This document shows, piece by piece, positions 48,223-59,881 of a stretch of 64,000 bases of DNA. Source of the DNA: a bacterium (GTDB lineage Bacteria; Patescibacteriota; Minisyncoccia; Phycocordibacterales; JAKAEA01); contig JAJYGQ010000003.1 in the NCBI GenBank assembly GCA_021785065.1, forward strand, positions 2,470 through 66,469, written 5' to 3'. Numbering within the stretch: position 1 is the first letter of the stretch; each line of letters opens with the position of its first letter. The notes under the pieces were generated by a model that was not told the origin of the DNA, ran no database searches, and was given only the letters and a program-made list of their open reading frames with translations. Both the position numbers and the translations under genes were made by a program.

Positions 48223-49056
48223 GTGTCGTGGTCAACGAAACGTAAGATTATTTACTTGGCTATTTTCATCGCCCTCGTTGCGGTGTTTTTAGGTTTTTTC
48301 CTATATTCTATAACCCGCCACACCGCGACTTGTTTCGATGGTATACAAGATGGCAACGAAACAGGTGTTGACTGTGGTGGGTCGTGTGTTCGACTTTGTT
48401 CTGATCAAGAGCAGCAGCCTATTGTGCTCTGGTCACGAATTTTTGCAATTGCTCCGGGGGTGTATTCGGCGGCGGCGTATGTTCAAAATCTTAATGCCAC
48501 CGCCCAAGCATTTTCTGTCCCGTACACGTTTACTTTTTGGAGCGCTACTGGGCAGTTACTCGGTAGCCGGTCGGGAACAACGTTTATCCCTGCTGGTCAA
48601 AATTTTACTGTCATTGAAAGTGATATTAGCGCCAGTCAACTTACCGCATCATCAACTCTTTCAGTTAACACGTCAGTAAAGGTGGGGCAGCAACTTCCCG
48701 CGAGAACCGATTTTCAGTTTGGGCCTATCCTCTGGGAGGTGGCACCAACAGCTACTCGCGATTTTAACGCTCTGCAAATAAGCAACCTGCAAACCTCGTT
48801 TTCTACGACGTCTACGCCGCGTGTTGAGGCCGATATCGCTAACGTTTCGTATACTGATTTGCCTCGCGTGGATATCTCCGCTATTCTGTACGATGCTTCT
48901 GGTAATGCTTTGGGCGTTTCTAAAACATATATTAGTAGCTTACCGCAGCAAGTTAGTAAACACATTGTCTTTACCTGGATTACACCGTTTGCAACGCCGC
49001 CAACACGCGTAGAATTGTTGCCTGTCGTTAATGAACCTCAACCTACCCCAAATTAA
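48223..49056 (+). CDS. Membrane-anchored protein with Cys-rich CFDGIQDGNETGVDCGGSC motif and FxLYD-like Ig domains
   Basis: N-terminal TM, Cys motif, AILYDASGNALG. Confidence 0.7.
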   Translation: MSWSTKRKIIYLAIFIALVAVFLGFFLYSITRHTATCFDGIQDGNETGVDCGGSCVRLCSDQEQQPIVLWSRIFAIAPGVYSAAAYVQNLNATAQAFSVPYTFTFWSATGQLLGSRSGTTFIPAGQNFTVIESDISASQLTASSTLSVNTSVKVGQQLPARTDFQFGPILWEVAPTATRDFNALQISNLQTSFSTTSTPRVEADIANVSYTDLPRVDISAILYDASGNALGVSKTYISSLPQQVSKHIVFTWITPFATPPTRVELLPVVNEPQPTPN

Positions 49057-50185
49057 TTCTTTTTTTAGCCGTCTTTTTCAAGCCGTTGATCCTCTTTTGC
49101 TAGCTGCCATTATTCCTATTATGGCGGCTGGATTGGTGACCATGAACGCCTTTTCTGGTTCCAATCCGTTTTTTTTGCATCAAATCATTTGGATTTTTAT
49201 TGCTCTCGCTATATTTTTTGGTATTAGTTTTGTCGATGTTCGCTTTTTACGACGTCCGGCGGTAGTAACGACGCTTTTTATCGCGGTGGCAGCGCTGCTC
49301 GCTATGCTTTTTGTGATGGGACACATTTCTCGCGGGGCGGTGAGTTGGTTTCGACTCGGGCTCTTTTCCATCGAGCCGTCAGATCCCGCGCAAATTATTC
49401 TCGTGATTGTGTTGGCAAAATATTTTTCTCGGCGGCATGTTGAAATTGCCAATATCCGACACGTGATTGTGTCCGGGGTCTACGCCCTTATTATTGCGCT
49501 GCTTATTCTCGTCCAGCCGGATTTTGGCGTGTCTATTATCGTATTGTGCATATGGTTTGGTATGATACTTGTCTCGGGTATTTCTAAAAAACACCTCGCG
49601 ACGGTAATTATGATTGGCCTCGTTGCTTTCGCGGGGCTCTGGTTTTTTGGTTTTAAGGAGTACCAGCGTCAGCGCATTGAGATATTTCTTCATCCACTCA
49701 CCGATATTCAGGGGGCGGGATATAACGCGTATCAGTCTGCTATTGCGGTCGGTTCGGGCGGTCTCTTGGGAGAGGGAATTGGCTACGGTACACAGTCTCG
49801 TTTAAATTTTTTACCCGAGTATCAGACCGACTTTATCTTTGCTGCCTTTGCTGAAGAGTGGGGACTAATCGGTGTTGTTATTCTATTTGCTCTCTATGCA
49901 ATTATTATTACAAGAATATTACAAGCGGCCGTATCGGGCGTCTCTAATTTTGAAGTACTTTTTGGTCTTGGTTTAGCAATTTTCTTTCTTAGTCACATTA
50001 TTATTAATGTGGGTATGAATATTGGTCTACTGCCTGTAACTGGTGTCACCTTATCGTTTATGAGCTATGGCGGTTCACATCTTGTTACCGAATTTGCCGG
50101 CCTCGGCATTCTTATGAGTATGCGTCGCTACCGATTATTGGTTGGTCGGGAGGCGGCGAAGCAGGAAATTGTTGGCCTCTCCTAG
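49031..50185 (+). CDS. rodA: SEDS peptidoglycan polymerase (RodA/FtsW)
   Basis: GAVSWF, QPDFG, QSAIAVGSGG, FLPEYQTDFIFA..EEWG, SYGGS. Confidence 0.88.
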   Translation: MNLNLPQINSFFSRLFQAVDPLLLAAIIPIMAAGLVTMNAFSGSNPFFLHQIIWIFIALAIFFGISFVDVRFLRRPAVVTTLFIAVAALLAMLFVMGHISRGAVSWFRLGLFSIEPSDPAQIILVIVLAKYFSRRHVEIANIRHVIVSGVYALIIALLILVQPDFGVSIIVLCIWFGMILVSGISKKHLATVIMIGLVAFAGLWFFGFKEYQRQRIEIFLHPLTDIQGAGYNAYQSAIAVGSGGLLGEGIGYGTQSRLNFLPEYQTDFIFAAFAEEWGLIGVVILFALYAIIITRILQAAVSGVSNFEVLFGLGLAIFFLSHIIINVGMNIGLLPVTGVTLSFMSYGGSHLVTEFAGLGILMSMRRYRLLVGREAAKQEIVGLS

Positions 50186-50223
50186 CTTGTTTTTAGGTGG
50201 TTTTGTGCTACATTGGGCAACGT

Positions 50224-51573
50224 ATGGCTTTTCGACGCGGTTATTTTTTTACTCTTTTTTTGGGCGATATTTTCGTTTTTTATATTTCGCTGTGGATGAC
50301 TCTTGTGGCGCGGTATGGTCAATGGCCCAATGCCGCTCTCCTCGAGTTGCACCTGGTGCCATTTTCGCTCGTGTTTATTGTGTGGTTTATTGTGTTTTAT
50401 ATTGGTGGTTTGTACGAAAAACGAACCTTAATTTTGCGCGATCGATTGCCGTGGGCCATTGTTCGCGTGCACCTTGTGAATAGTGCGTTGGCGGTGGCGT
50501 TCTTTTACCTTATTCCATACTTTATTATCACTCCCAAAACAAATTTATTTATTGATCTTGTTATCTCGCTCATTCTCCTTTTGGTGTGGCGTCTCTACGG
50601 TATTTCTGTGCTCGCTCCTCGCCAGCGCCAAAACGCGCTTTTAATTGCTAGTGGCGACGAAATGCGAGAATTGCGTGACGAAATTAATAATCATCCCCAT
50701 TACGCTATAACTTTTTTTTCTTCTGTTGATCTCGATCGATTAGCGGATATTGATTTTACGGAGGAAGTGGTGCAGCGGGTTTACAGTGAGCATATCTCTG
50801 TTATTGTGGCAGATTTTAAAGCTAATGAAGCCGAGCCGATTCTTGCTGCACTCTACAACCTCATTTTTTCAAAAGTGATTTTCATTGATATGCACAAGCT
50901 CTACGAGAGTGTTTTTGATCGTATCCCACTATCGCTTATTGAATACAGTTGGTTTTTGGAAAATATCTCGCTACGGCCCAAGGTAAGCTATGACTTATTC
51001 AAGCGGATTATGGATATTTTGCTTGCGGTGCCAACGGCGATACTGTCACTAGTACTCTACCCATTCATTATTGCCGCTATTAAACTCGATGATGGTGGCC
51101 CCGTATTTATTGTGCAGCAACGTATTGGTCGCGACGGCCGGCCTATTTCTATTTATAAATTTCGCTCAATGGATCGCAATGAAGTAGATGTGGCGGCGAC
51201 TGAAAAAAGTGATAATCATATTACCCGGGTCGGGGCTTTTTTACGACGTAGCCGTTTAGATGAACTGCCACAACTTTGGAATGTTATTCGTGGTGATCTC
51301 TCGCTTATTGGTCCGCGACCAGAGCTGCCTTCTGCGGTGGCGCACTACGAGCAAGAGATTCCTTACTACGGCACTCGGCACCTGATTAAGCCGGGCTTAT
51401 CTGGTTGGGCGCAGCTGTATCATGATGGTCACGCTCACCACACACTCGGCATTCAGTCGACCAAGCAAAAACTCTCCTATGATCTCTATTACATTAAGAA
51501 CCGCTCGTTTATGCTTGATATTCGCATCGCCCTCAAAACTATCAAGAAATTGTTAACCTTTGCTGGCGCCTGA
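50224..51573 (+). CDS. Polyprenyl-phosphate sugar phosphotransferase (WcaJ/WbaP-like)
   Basis: KRIMDI, YKFRSM, RVGAFLRRSRLDELPQLWNV.RGDLSLIGPRPE, KPGLSGWAQ. Confidence 0.92.
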   Translation: MAFRRGYFFTLFLGDIFVFYISLWMTLVARYGQWPNAALLELHLVPFSLVFIVWFIVFYIGGLYEKRTLILRDRLPWAIVRVHLVNSALAVAFFYLIPYFIITPKTNLFIDLVISLILLLVWRLYGISVLAPRQRQNALLIASGDEMRELRDEINNHPHYAITFFSSVDLDRLADIDFTEEVVQRVYSEHISVIVADFKANEAEPILAALYNLIFSKVIFIDMHKLYESVFDRIPLSLIEYSWFLENISLRPKVSYDLFKRIMDILLAVPTAILSLVLYPFIIAAIKLDDGGPVFIVQQRIGRDGRPISIYKFRSMDRNEVDVAATEKSDNHITRVGAFLRRSRLDELPQLWNVIRGDLSLIGPRPELPSAVAHYEQEIPYYGTRHLIKPGLSGWAQLYHDGHAHHTLGIQSTKQKLSYDLYYIKNRSFMLDIRIALKTIKKLLTFAGA

Positions 51574-51637
51574 TTGATTTTCTTGGCTATTTGGGGTAGG
51601 ATAGCCACGTTACCACTTCCATTATTTCTACACCCTC

Positions 51638-52987
51638 ATGTCGTTCTACCGTCTCTGGACTGTTATTATTCTTATCTGCGCGGCCCTGCTTGGGTGGTTT
51701 GTGGTTGCTTCACAGAGCACTGGTAATGGTCTTGTCTCTGATTTTCCTTTTAAATTAGGCCTTGATTTGGCTGGTGGGACTGAGCTTACCTATAGCGCCG
51801 ATGTTTCTCAAGTTCCGCCGTCACAAATTCCGGGAGCAATGGAGGCGCTCAAAGGTGTTATCGAGCGTCGCGTCAATCTTTTTGGTGTTTCGGAGCCAGT
51901 CGTGCAAACTGAAATTGCCGGCGGTCTCAACACCCAAAATCGTCTCATTGTTGATTTACCCGGTGTCACCAACGTTCAAGATGCTATTGCTCAAATTGGC
52001 AAGACACCAACGCTTGATTTTCGCTTGGCGACGAGCACAAAAATCGGCACCACCACGATTACTGGATTTATACCAACTGGTTTAACTGGACGCTTTCTTA
52101 CCAGTGCTATTCTAGAATTTGATAATACTACGGGGCAGCCCTACGTGGGTTTGCAATTCAATAGTCAGGGAGCAACGCTTTTTGATCAAATTACTAAAGA
52201 TAATGTTGGAAAAGTGCTCGGCATTTTCCTCGATAATAGCCCGATTTCTGAGCCGGTCATTGATCAAGAAATCAGTGGCGGCCAAGCCCAAATCACCGGC
52301 AGCTTTACTGTTAGCCAAGCCCAATCGCTCGTGCAGAATCTCAACTACGGCGCTCTGCCAATGCCTATTACGCTAGAAAATACCCAAACGATTGGTCCAT
52401 CGCTCGGCGCTTCGGCTATGGCAGCAGGGGTGAAGGCCGGTATTATTGGTTTCTTTGCTATCGTCATCTTCCTCGTTTTGTGGTACCGCTTACCAGGCCT
52501 CATCGCCTCTATCGCGCTCACCATTTACGTTGCATTATCGCTCGCTATTTTTAAACTTATTCCGGTAACGTTGACGGCTGCTGGTTTAGCTGGTTTCGTC
52601 TTGTCTATTGGTATGGCTGTTGATGCAAATATTCTTATTTTCGAACGAATGAAAGAAGAATTGCGTTGGGGCAAGCCGTTGGTGCAGGCAATTCATGAAG
52701 GCTTCCATCGCGCTTGGCTCTCTATTCGCGACTCAAATATTTCCAGCATCATCACCTCACTCGTGCTCTTTTGGATGGGTACCTCATCGGTGAAAGGATT
52801 CGCGCTAACCTTAGGTATTGGTGTGGTGGTGAGTATGCTTACGGCTATCACTATTTCTCGCACGTTTTTGTTTGCTCTCTCACTGGTCGATAAAAATCCA
52901 TTTATTAAATTCCTTTTTGGCTGTGGGTTTCGTAAAAATAACTCGCCACGACCGGCACCGGTGGTGAATCAGCCAAATAAATCATAA
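51638..52987 (+). CDS. secD: Protein translocase subunit SecD
   Basis: LGLDLAGG, GVSEP, GALP, IGPSLG, IGMAVDANILIFERMKEE. Confidence 0.96.
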   Translation: MSFYRLWTVIILICAALLGWFVVASQSTGNGLVSDFPFKLGLDLAGGTELTYSADVSQVPPSQIPGAMEALKGVIERRVNLFGVSEPVVQTEIAGGLNTQNRLIVDLPGVTNVQDAIAQIGKTPTLDFRLATSTKIGTTTITGFIPTGLTGRFLTSAILEFDNTTGQPYVGLQFNSQGATLFDQITKDNVGKVLGIFLDNSPISEPVIDQEISGGQAQITGSFTVSQAQSLVQNLNYGALPMPITLENTQTIGPSLGASAMAAGVKAGIIGFFAIVIFLVLWYRLPGLIASIALTIYVALSLAIFKLIPVTLTAAGLAGFVLSIGMAVDANILIFERMKEELRWGKPLVQAIHEGFHRAWLSIRDSNISSIITSLVLFWMGTSSVKGFALTLGIGVVVSMLTAITISRTFLFALSLVDKNPFIKFLFGCGFRKNNSPRPAPVVNQPNKS

Positions 52988-52997
52988 ATTTACTACT

Positions 52998-54014
52998 ATG
53001 TTTGTTGTCACTTACAGAAAACTTTTCTTTACTCTCTCCGCCGCGCTCGTCGCTCTTGCCGTAGTGGCAATGATCGTCTTTGGTTTCAATTTCGGCATTG
53101 ACTTTTTGGGGGGCACCTTGACGCAAGTAGAGTACACGGGGGCAACTGCGACATCTACGGCAAATGTGAGACCAGCAAGCATTGCGGGACCGTTGGTGTC
53201 AGTGAGCCACGCGGTGGCGACATCGTCGGCAGCAACGGTCACTCGTCCTTCTGTCGCCACGCTACAAGCTGCGCTGACCGCTTTACACTTTGCAAATTTC
53301 AGCGATACCCAGATTCAGCCGTCTGGTACGGCAAGTTACATAATTCGTTCTCGTCAGCTCTCCAATACCGAGAAAACTGAGTTTTTGAACGCGCTATCGC
53401 TCAATGGTAAAGCGCCCTATACATTACAGCAGTATGATTCGGTCGGTCCGGTTATTGGTGCTGAGTTGATTCAAAAATCATATATTGCTCTTTCAGTTGT
53501 GATTATTTGTATCGTGCTTTTTATCACGTTTGCGTTCCGCAAAGTTTCTGAGCCTGTCCCGAGCTGGAAGTATGGTCTCGCGACTATCATCGCGCTGGTG
53601 CACGACGTGGTGATTCCAACTGGTCTCTTTATTATCTATCTCCACTTTACCGGTGGGCAGCTCGACATCTTATTTGTCTCTGCCGTGCTAACGATTCTTG
53701 GTTATTCGGTGCATGATACTATCGTTGTTTTCGATCGTGTTCGCGAGCACCTTCGTGTTAATAAAGAGCAGCGTATTAAAGAAACATTTGAAACGACCGT
53801 GGGTAAAAGCGTTCGCGAGACCTTTGGCCGTTCCATCAATACCTCCTTCACCATTTTCCTTGTATTGCTCGTGCTCTATCTTATCGGCGGTTCTACGACT
53901 CGCGATTTTACCCTAATGTTGCTTATCGGTATTATTGTTGGTACCTACTCCTCGATTTTCGTCGCCTCGCCCCTCCTCGTTGTTTTTGAAAAGTGGCAGA
54001 AAAAGAAAGAATAA
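52998..54014 (+). CDS. secF: Protein translocase subunit SecF
   Basis: GIDFLGG, VGPVIG, HDV, GYSVHDTIVVFDRVRE, GTYSSIFVASP. Confidence 0.96.
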   Translation: MFVVTYRKLFFTLSAALVALAVVAMIVFGFNFGIDFLGGTLTQVEYTGATATSTANVRPASIAGPLVSVSHAVATSSAATVTRPSVATLQAALTALHFANFSDTQIQPSGTASYIIRSRQLSNTEKTEFLNALSLNGKAPYTLQQYDSVGPVIGAELIQKSYIALSVVIICIVLFITFAFRKVSEPVPSWKYGLATIIALVHDVVIPTGLFIIYLHFTGGQLDILFVSAVLTILGYSVHDTIVVFDRVREHLRVNKEQRIKETFETTVGKSVRETFGRSINTSFTIFLVLLVLYLIGGSTTRDFTLMLLIGIIVGTYSSIFVASPLLVVFEKWQKKKE

Positions 54015-54025
54015 TATACCAGAGT

Positions 54026-54643
54026 ATGCATGATCAGCCGACAAAAAAAGAAGTCGCGCAAAAACAAACAATATTTGTATTGTCGGCCGTTATTGTCGCT
54101 CTCGTCATTGTAATTATCGTATTGATCGTCTGGCTTCCTTTTCGATCGTCTGTAACACACACAAGTCAAACTCAGCCGACAGCGCCTGTAATTAACAATC
54201 AAGCTACCACGACATCCGCAGGATCCAATCAACTGCAATCGTTTATTAATACTGCTTATGGCTACGAATTACTCTATCCGTCGCCGATGTCGGTAACTGC
54301 CCCGCAAGGCGGTAGTAACCCCACTACAAGTGGTCTGGTTAGTTTTAATGGTGCTGCTGTCGGTATTCCTTCTTTTACCGTGAGCGCGAGCACAGACACG
54401 ACGCAGAGTAATAACAATGGCTCACTTGTTTGTGAGAAGTTTGTCGGAGGTAATTACACAGCGTTTCCGGTTGGGCCGAGCATTTTCTACTACGGTACCG
54501 TGGCAACACAGCAGGGATCATTTACTTCATACTGCACTATCCATCAAGGAATAAAATACTTGATATACAGCTCTAGTCCCGCCACACAAAATGGCAACGA
54601 ACTGCTCCGTAGCGCGGTAAGTACCTTTAAGTTCTTAAAATAA
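54026..54643 (+). CDS. Hypothetical single-TM exported protein
   Basis: TM helix, then FINTAYGYELLYP (PsbP/Mog1-like start) and a Cys pair. Confidence 0.6.
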   Translation: MHDQPTKKEVAQKQTIFVLSAVIVALVIVIIVLIVWLPFRSSVTHTSQTQPTAPVINNQATTTSAGSNQLQSFINTAYGYELLYPSPMSVTAPQGGSNPTTSGLVSFNGAAVGIPSFTVSASTDTTQSNNNGSLVCEKFVGGNYTAFPVGPSIFYYGTVATQQGSFTSYCTIHQGIKYLIYSSSPATQNGNELLRSAVSTFKFLK

Positions 54644-54650
54644 TAAAGAG

Positions 54651-54679
54651 TTGACATATACTGGCTCCCCGTATATACT
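54651..54679 (+). promoter_or_regulatory. Promoter of the stand-alone 16S gene
   Basis: TTGACA-17 nt-TATACT; boxA-like GTTCTTTGAAA ~30 nt downstream. Confidence 0.75.
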
Positions 54680-54955
54680 GTCTCCTACTCTCTATAGGGG
54701 AGTTGGTTCTTTGAAACTTGAAATACTTGAGATGGGTGGAGCCGGTAAAAACGGCTGCATCCAGCAAGTACCCAAATTATTCTTACAAAAATAATTCCAA
54801 ATAAAATAAGTCAGTTTTATTCGAGCAATCAAACTCTACGAATCTAAATTATTGTTAGGCATAAGAACATATTAAAGCGATAGTTTTCACTAGCGTCTTT
54901 TATTTTGTTCCGTTTGACTCGTCAAGAATCTTATTCGATTCTTCGCGAGGATAAT

Positions 54956-56560
<1,605 letters not shown>

Positions 56561-56719
56561 GGTGAATTTCGTCAATCATCACTTGATGATTAGACTGACG
56601 GAGTCGATATTGTGGATCTCGTACGAGTCCATAATGGAACGCGAATTCCTAAAGCGCTGACCGCAGGGAAAGACCGCAAATAAACGGAACAAAATAAAGG
56701 ACGTCGCTTCTTTATTCGG

Positions 56720-56746
56720 AAAAATCGCCTTAATAGGGCGGTTTTT
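56720..56746 (+). terminator. Terminator of the 16S unit
   Basis: AAAAATCGCCTT-AAT-AGGGCGGTTTTT. Confidence 0.75.
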
Positions 56747-56892
56747 CTTTTATTAGGTCATATTTTTAGGGTACAGAAAAGTATTGACAAATATTTTATA
56801 TATGCTATTATACACCATGGCGCATACGGGATAGAGAGACAACGAACTTATTGTTTTGTTTTGTTGTTTTTCTTTTTTAGTGGGGTATTCTT

Positions 56893-57345
56893 ATGCGTCA
56901 GTTCTTTCTCATTTCGGGGATGGTGTTTCTCATTTCTCATGCAGCTGCTTTTGGTAGCTACAGTAGGAATCGATGGGAGATCATCCACAGGCTTATTCCT
57001 GCTTTGATACAAGTGGAATCGAGCGGGAATAATTGGAAGGTTGGAGACAAAAAACGCTTCTATAAGGCGTATGGTTGTCTCCAAATAAGGGAGCTGATGT
57101 GTATCGACGTTGACAAACGTTGGCACACACATTACAGGGCCTCTGATTGCTTAGGCAATCGGAAGCTCTCGATTCTCATCTGCCTGCGGTACTACCGTTT
57201 GTACGATACCGCCCGGGTGGTCGGTCACCGACCAACTCTTGAGGACTTGGCCCGCATGTGGAATGGCGGACCGTACGGTTTCAAAAAACGGAGTACTGTA
57301 GGCTACTGGAGGAAGGTCCGCAAAGTCCTTCACTCTCAGGGATGA
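56893..57345 (+). CDS. Secreted lysozyme-fold (lytic transglycosylase / i-type lysozyme-like) protein
   Basis: Signal peptide; ALIQVESSGN (catalytic Glu), GCLQI, ARMWNGGP.G, YWRKV; own promoter TTGACA(56784)-16-TATTAT. Confidence 0.75.
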   Translation: MRQFFLISGMVFLISHAAAFGSYSRNRWEIIHRLIPALIQVESSGNNWKVGDKKRFYKAYGCLQIRELMCIDVDKRWHTHYRASDCLGNRKLSILICLRYYRLYDTARVVGHRPTLEDLARMWNGGPYGFKKRSTVGYWRKVRKVLHSQG

Positions 57346-57357
57346 GTTCTTGATATA

Positions 57358-57392
57358 GGCCGTGACTAGACCACACTAGTCACGGCTTTTTT
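57358..57392 (+). terminator. Intrinsic terminator
   Basis: GGCCGTGACTAG-ACCACA-CTAGTCACGGCT followed by a T run. Confidence 0.8.
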
Positions 57393-57458
57393 CTTGGTTG
57401 GTTTTTGAAAATCTTTTGCCAAGTGGCGTTTTTTCTGCTATATTTCTCCAGCGTAGAT

Positions 57459-57532
57459 GGGCGTATAGCTCAGGTGGTTAGAGCGCGTCACTGATAATGA
57501 CGAGGTCCCACGTTCGAGTCGTGGTACGCCCA
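57459..57532 (+). tRNA. tRNA-Ile(GAT); CCA not encoded
   Basis: GGGCGTA/TACGCCC acceptor stem, D arm GCTC..GAGC, anticodon arm CGTCA-CTGATAA-TGACG, T loop GTTCGAG. Confidence 0.95.
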
Positions 57533-58987
57533 CATTCCTCGGAAATCGATGTTTTTAGGCGCAGTGGCGAGTACTTGATAGACGCTTTTAAATTGAGCTG
57601 AAGCCACCGTTTGGTTTTTGATAGAAGCGTTCGAGAGTACTTTTCCGAGCATATTTCGCTTTTCTTCCTCGGTGTAGTTCAAATACGTTTCCGCGGCCTT
57701 GTTGCCCTCTAAAAGAACTTCTTTAATCTGTTCGAGAGTAAAAGGCGACACACCACCCCTAGCTTGGATTTCGGCGATTTGCTTCTTGATAATAACCCGC
57801 TTGTTTTCAATCTCCTGAAGCTTGATTTTGTAGACTTCTTCCCGGATTAATTGAGAACTGTAGCCATCGGCCAGAGTTAATTCTTTCTTGAGCAGATCGT
57901 CCAACTCCGCAGTCAGAGTTCCCGTTGAATTTTCAACATACGTGATTTTGCCTTTATTTTCTTCCTTATACATATCATAGGAGAATTCGATCAATTCTTC
58001 TCTGAATTTTAATTTGAGAAAAAGGTTGGATAGAAGAGCGTGAACATCATCGGATTTCAGATACTTTTTGTGTTCTTCGCAGTTACCCCTGCCATTGGTG
58101 CAGTAGTAATATTGGTGGCCCCGTTGGGTGTCCACGGTTAACGCGCAGCCGCAGGAGGCGCATTTCAGGAATCCCTGAGCGGCGTAGAAGTACTTTTTCG
58201 GGCGAGGGTGATTCCGGCCGGCGAGAACGTCTTGCACGGTGTCAAACAGTTTTTGAGATATGATCGGTGTATGTTTGCCGGGGTAAATTTTGCCGTCACG
58301 AGGCATGAGGCCGGTGTAGAAGCGGTTGAGGAGCAAGCGCTGTAACTGACCTTTTTCGATTTTGTTGCCGGTTTTGGTTCGTAAACCTTCTTTGTAGAGA
58401 ATGTCGCTGGTTTGCTTCAGCGTGTGAGTGCCTGTGGCGTAGAGCTCAAATGCGCGGGTGATAAACGGAGCATACTTTTTGTCCACGACGACGGTTTTGG
58501 TAGTCTTGTCGTTAAGATATCCCAGAGGCGCTTGATTGGGCCATTCACCACGTTCCAGTTTTGCTCGGTTGCCTCGTTTGACGTTGACGCTAAGGTCACG
58601 AATGTATTGATTGGCCATGGCCTGCTCAATGCTCATGACGATGACGTTGTCGTTAGGGTAGTAGCTTTTATCAAACGTCCGAATGCACTTAATCTGATTG
58701 TTTTGGAGGAGCCATTGAATCTGACCGCCATCCACTGGATTTCTCGTTAAACGGTCAATTTTCCAGCAGAGAATGGCATCGGCTTTGCCGGCGGTGATCA
58801 TTTTGATCATGTCATTGAAGATGGGCCGGCCGGGCTCTTTAGCCGATTTGCTTTCCTTGAGAATGGCAATTACGTCTAAGCCATTAGCTTTGACGATTTT
58901 CTGGAGCTCGTCTTCTTGCGATGCCAGCGACAAAACCTGTTTATCTTCAGTATCAGTGGATTTTCTACAATAGAGAATAAATTTCAT
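57488..58987 (-). CDS. Large serine recombinase (integrase)
   Basis: YCRKST catalytic Ser, SAK..GRP.F, WKIDRLTRN, recombinase domain (APLGY), CASCG..YYYC Zn ribbon, coiled coil. Confidence 0.93.
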   Translation of the reverse strand: MKFILYCRKSTDTEDKQVLSLASQEDELQKIVKANGLDVIAILKESKSAKEPGRPIFNDMIKMITAGKADAILCWKIDRLTRNPVDGGQIQWLLQNNQIKCIRTFDKSYYPNDNVIVMSIEQAMANQYIRDLSVNVKRGNRAKLERGEWPNQAPLGYLNDKTTKTVVVDKKYAPFITRAFELYATGTHTLKQTSDILYKEGLRTKTGNKIEKGQLQRLLLNRFYTGLMPRDGKIYPGKHTPIISQKLFDTVQDVLAGRNHPRPKKYFYAAQGFLKCASCGCALTVDTQRGHQYYYCTNGRGNCEEHKKYLKSDDVHALLSNLFLKLKFREELIEFSYDMYKEENKGKITYVENSTGTLTAELDDLLKKELTLADGYSSQLIREEVYKIKLQEIENKRVIIKKQIAEIQARGGVSPFTLEQIKEVLLEGNKAAETYLNYTEEEKRNMLGKVLSNASIKNQTVASAQFKSVYQVLATAPKNIDFRGMWAYHDSNVGPRHYQ

Positions 58988-59023
58988 AGGAGAATTTTAG
59001 AACAATATGGGAAAATGACTAGT

Positions 59024-59782
59024 TCAAATTTTGTAAATTCTGTGTCGTCCTGTGCCCAGGCGCATAGTGTCGTAGGATTTATCTATTTCCGGCTCACCGG
59101 CACCCAATTCTTGAAGCGCAGCATCTACAGCGGTGGCACTGATACCACCAACTATTTCCGGTCGTAGCAGATTTCTTGAGCAGGTATACGATTTTTGACC
59201 CATTAAGCGGTAATCGGTAAAAGATTTAGTCATATACTTAGCTAGATAGGAAGATAATCTTGGGCCACCATCACTTTGGATTACGTCAATGAAGCCGTGT
59301 CCCCAGAGTCCTTTAACCAATCGGGTATGTCGCTCTGTTTTAGCGAGGGTCTCGGGAAGACCCCAGAGCATAGCATGGAAATGAATGGCTCCACGGTCTT
59401 GAAATTCTGGGACTGCGATGTACCGAAATTGTTTGCCGAATTGATGGCGGAGAGTCTGGATAAAAGCATGGAAATCTTTGTATCCATGACTGAGAGACGT
59501 TTGGTTGTCTTGGTAGGTAAGAGTAAGCAGTAGAGGGTGGTCAACTCCTCCAAGGTTAGCAGAAACAAGCCGTCTAAAAGCCATTGCAGCGCGCCGTGCG
59601 TTATCTTGGCGTTTGCCCTCGTATTCGTGTCGCTGTAATGGATTTTCTCCACCAGGAGCCACACCCACGCCGCCATTTTTAACCGAAAAGCGTCTCTGTC
59701 TTGGGGGTCTATCTGGAAGGTCTCGTGAGTATTCATATGTTTCAATTGTGTGAGCGTATTTAATAATTTTGTTGTATCCCAT
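59024..59782 (-). CDS. HUH rolling-circle replication initiator
   Basis: Motif I LLTLTY, motif II EFQDRGAIHFHAML, WGHGFIDV, motif III YLAKYMTK. Confidence 0.88.
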   Translation of the reverse strand: MGYNKIIKYAHTIETYEYSRDLPDRPPRQRRFSVKNGGVGVAPGGENPLQRHEYEGKRQDNARRAAMAFRRLVSANLGGVDHPLLLTLTYQDNQTSLSHGYKDFHAFIQTLRHQFGKQFRYIAVPEFQDRGAIHFHAMLWGLPETLAKTERHTRLVKGLWGHGFIDVIQSDGGPRLSSYLAKYMTKSFTDYRLMGQKSYTCSRNLLRPEIVGGISATAVDAALQELGAGEPEIDKSYDTMRLGTGRHRIYKI

Positions 59783-59814
59783 TTCTTTTTCTCTAGTTAC
59801 TTATGTGAGGTACT

Positions 59815-59881
59815 TATCAAGTCAGACAGCGGGGTCGTCCCCGCCGCCACTAAAGTGGCGCGGCGGCGACTGCCCGCTCTC
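59815..59881 (-). other. Putative double-strand origin (GC-rich hairpin plus CTTG^ATA nick site)
   Basis: Minus strand reads hairpin, then ACTTGATA (59822-59815), ~32 nt before the rep ATG. Confidence 0.65.
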
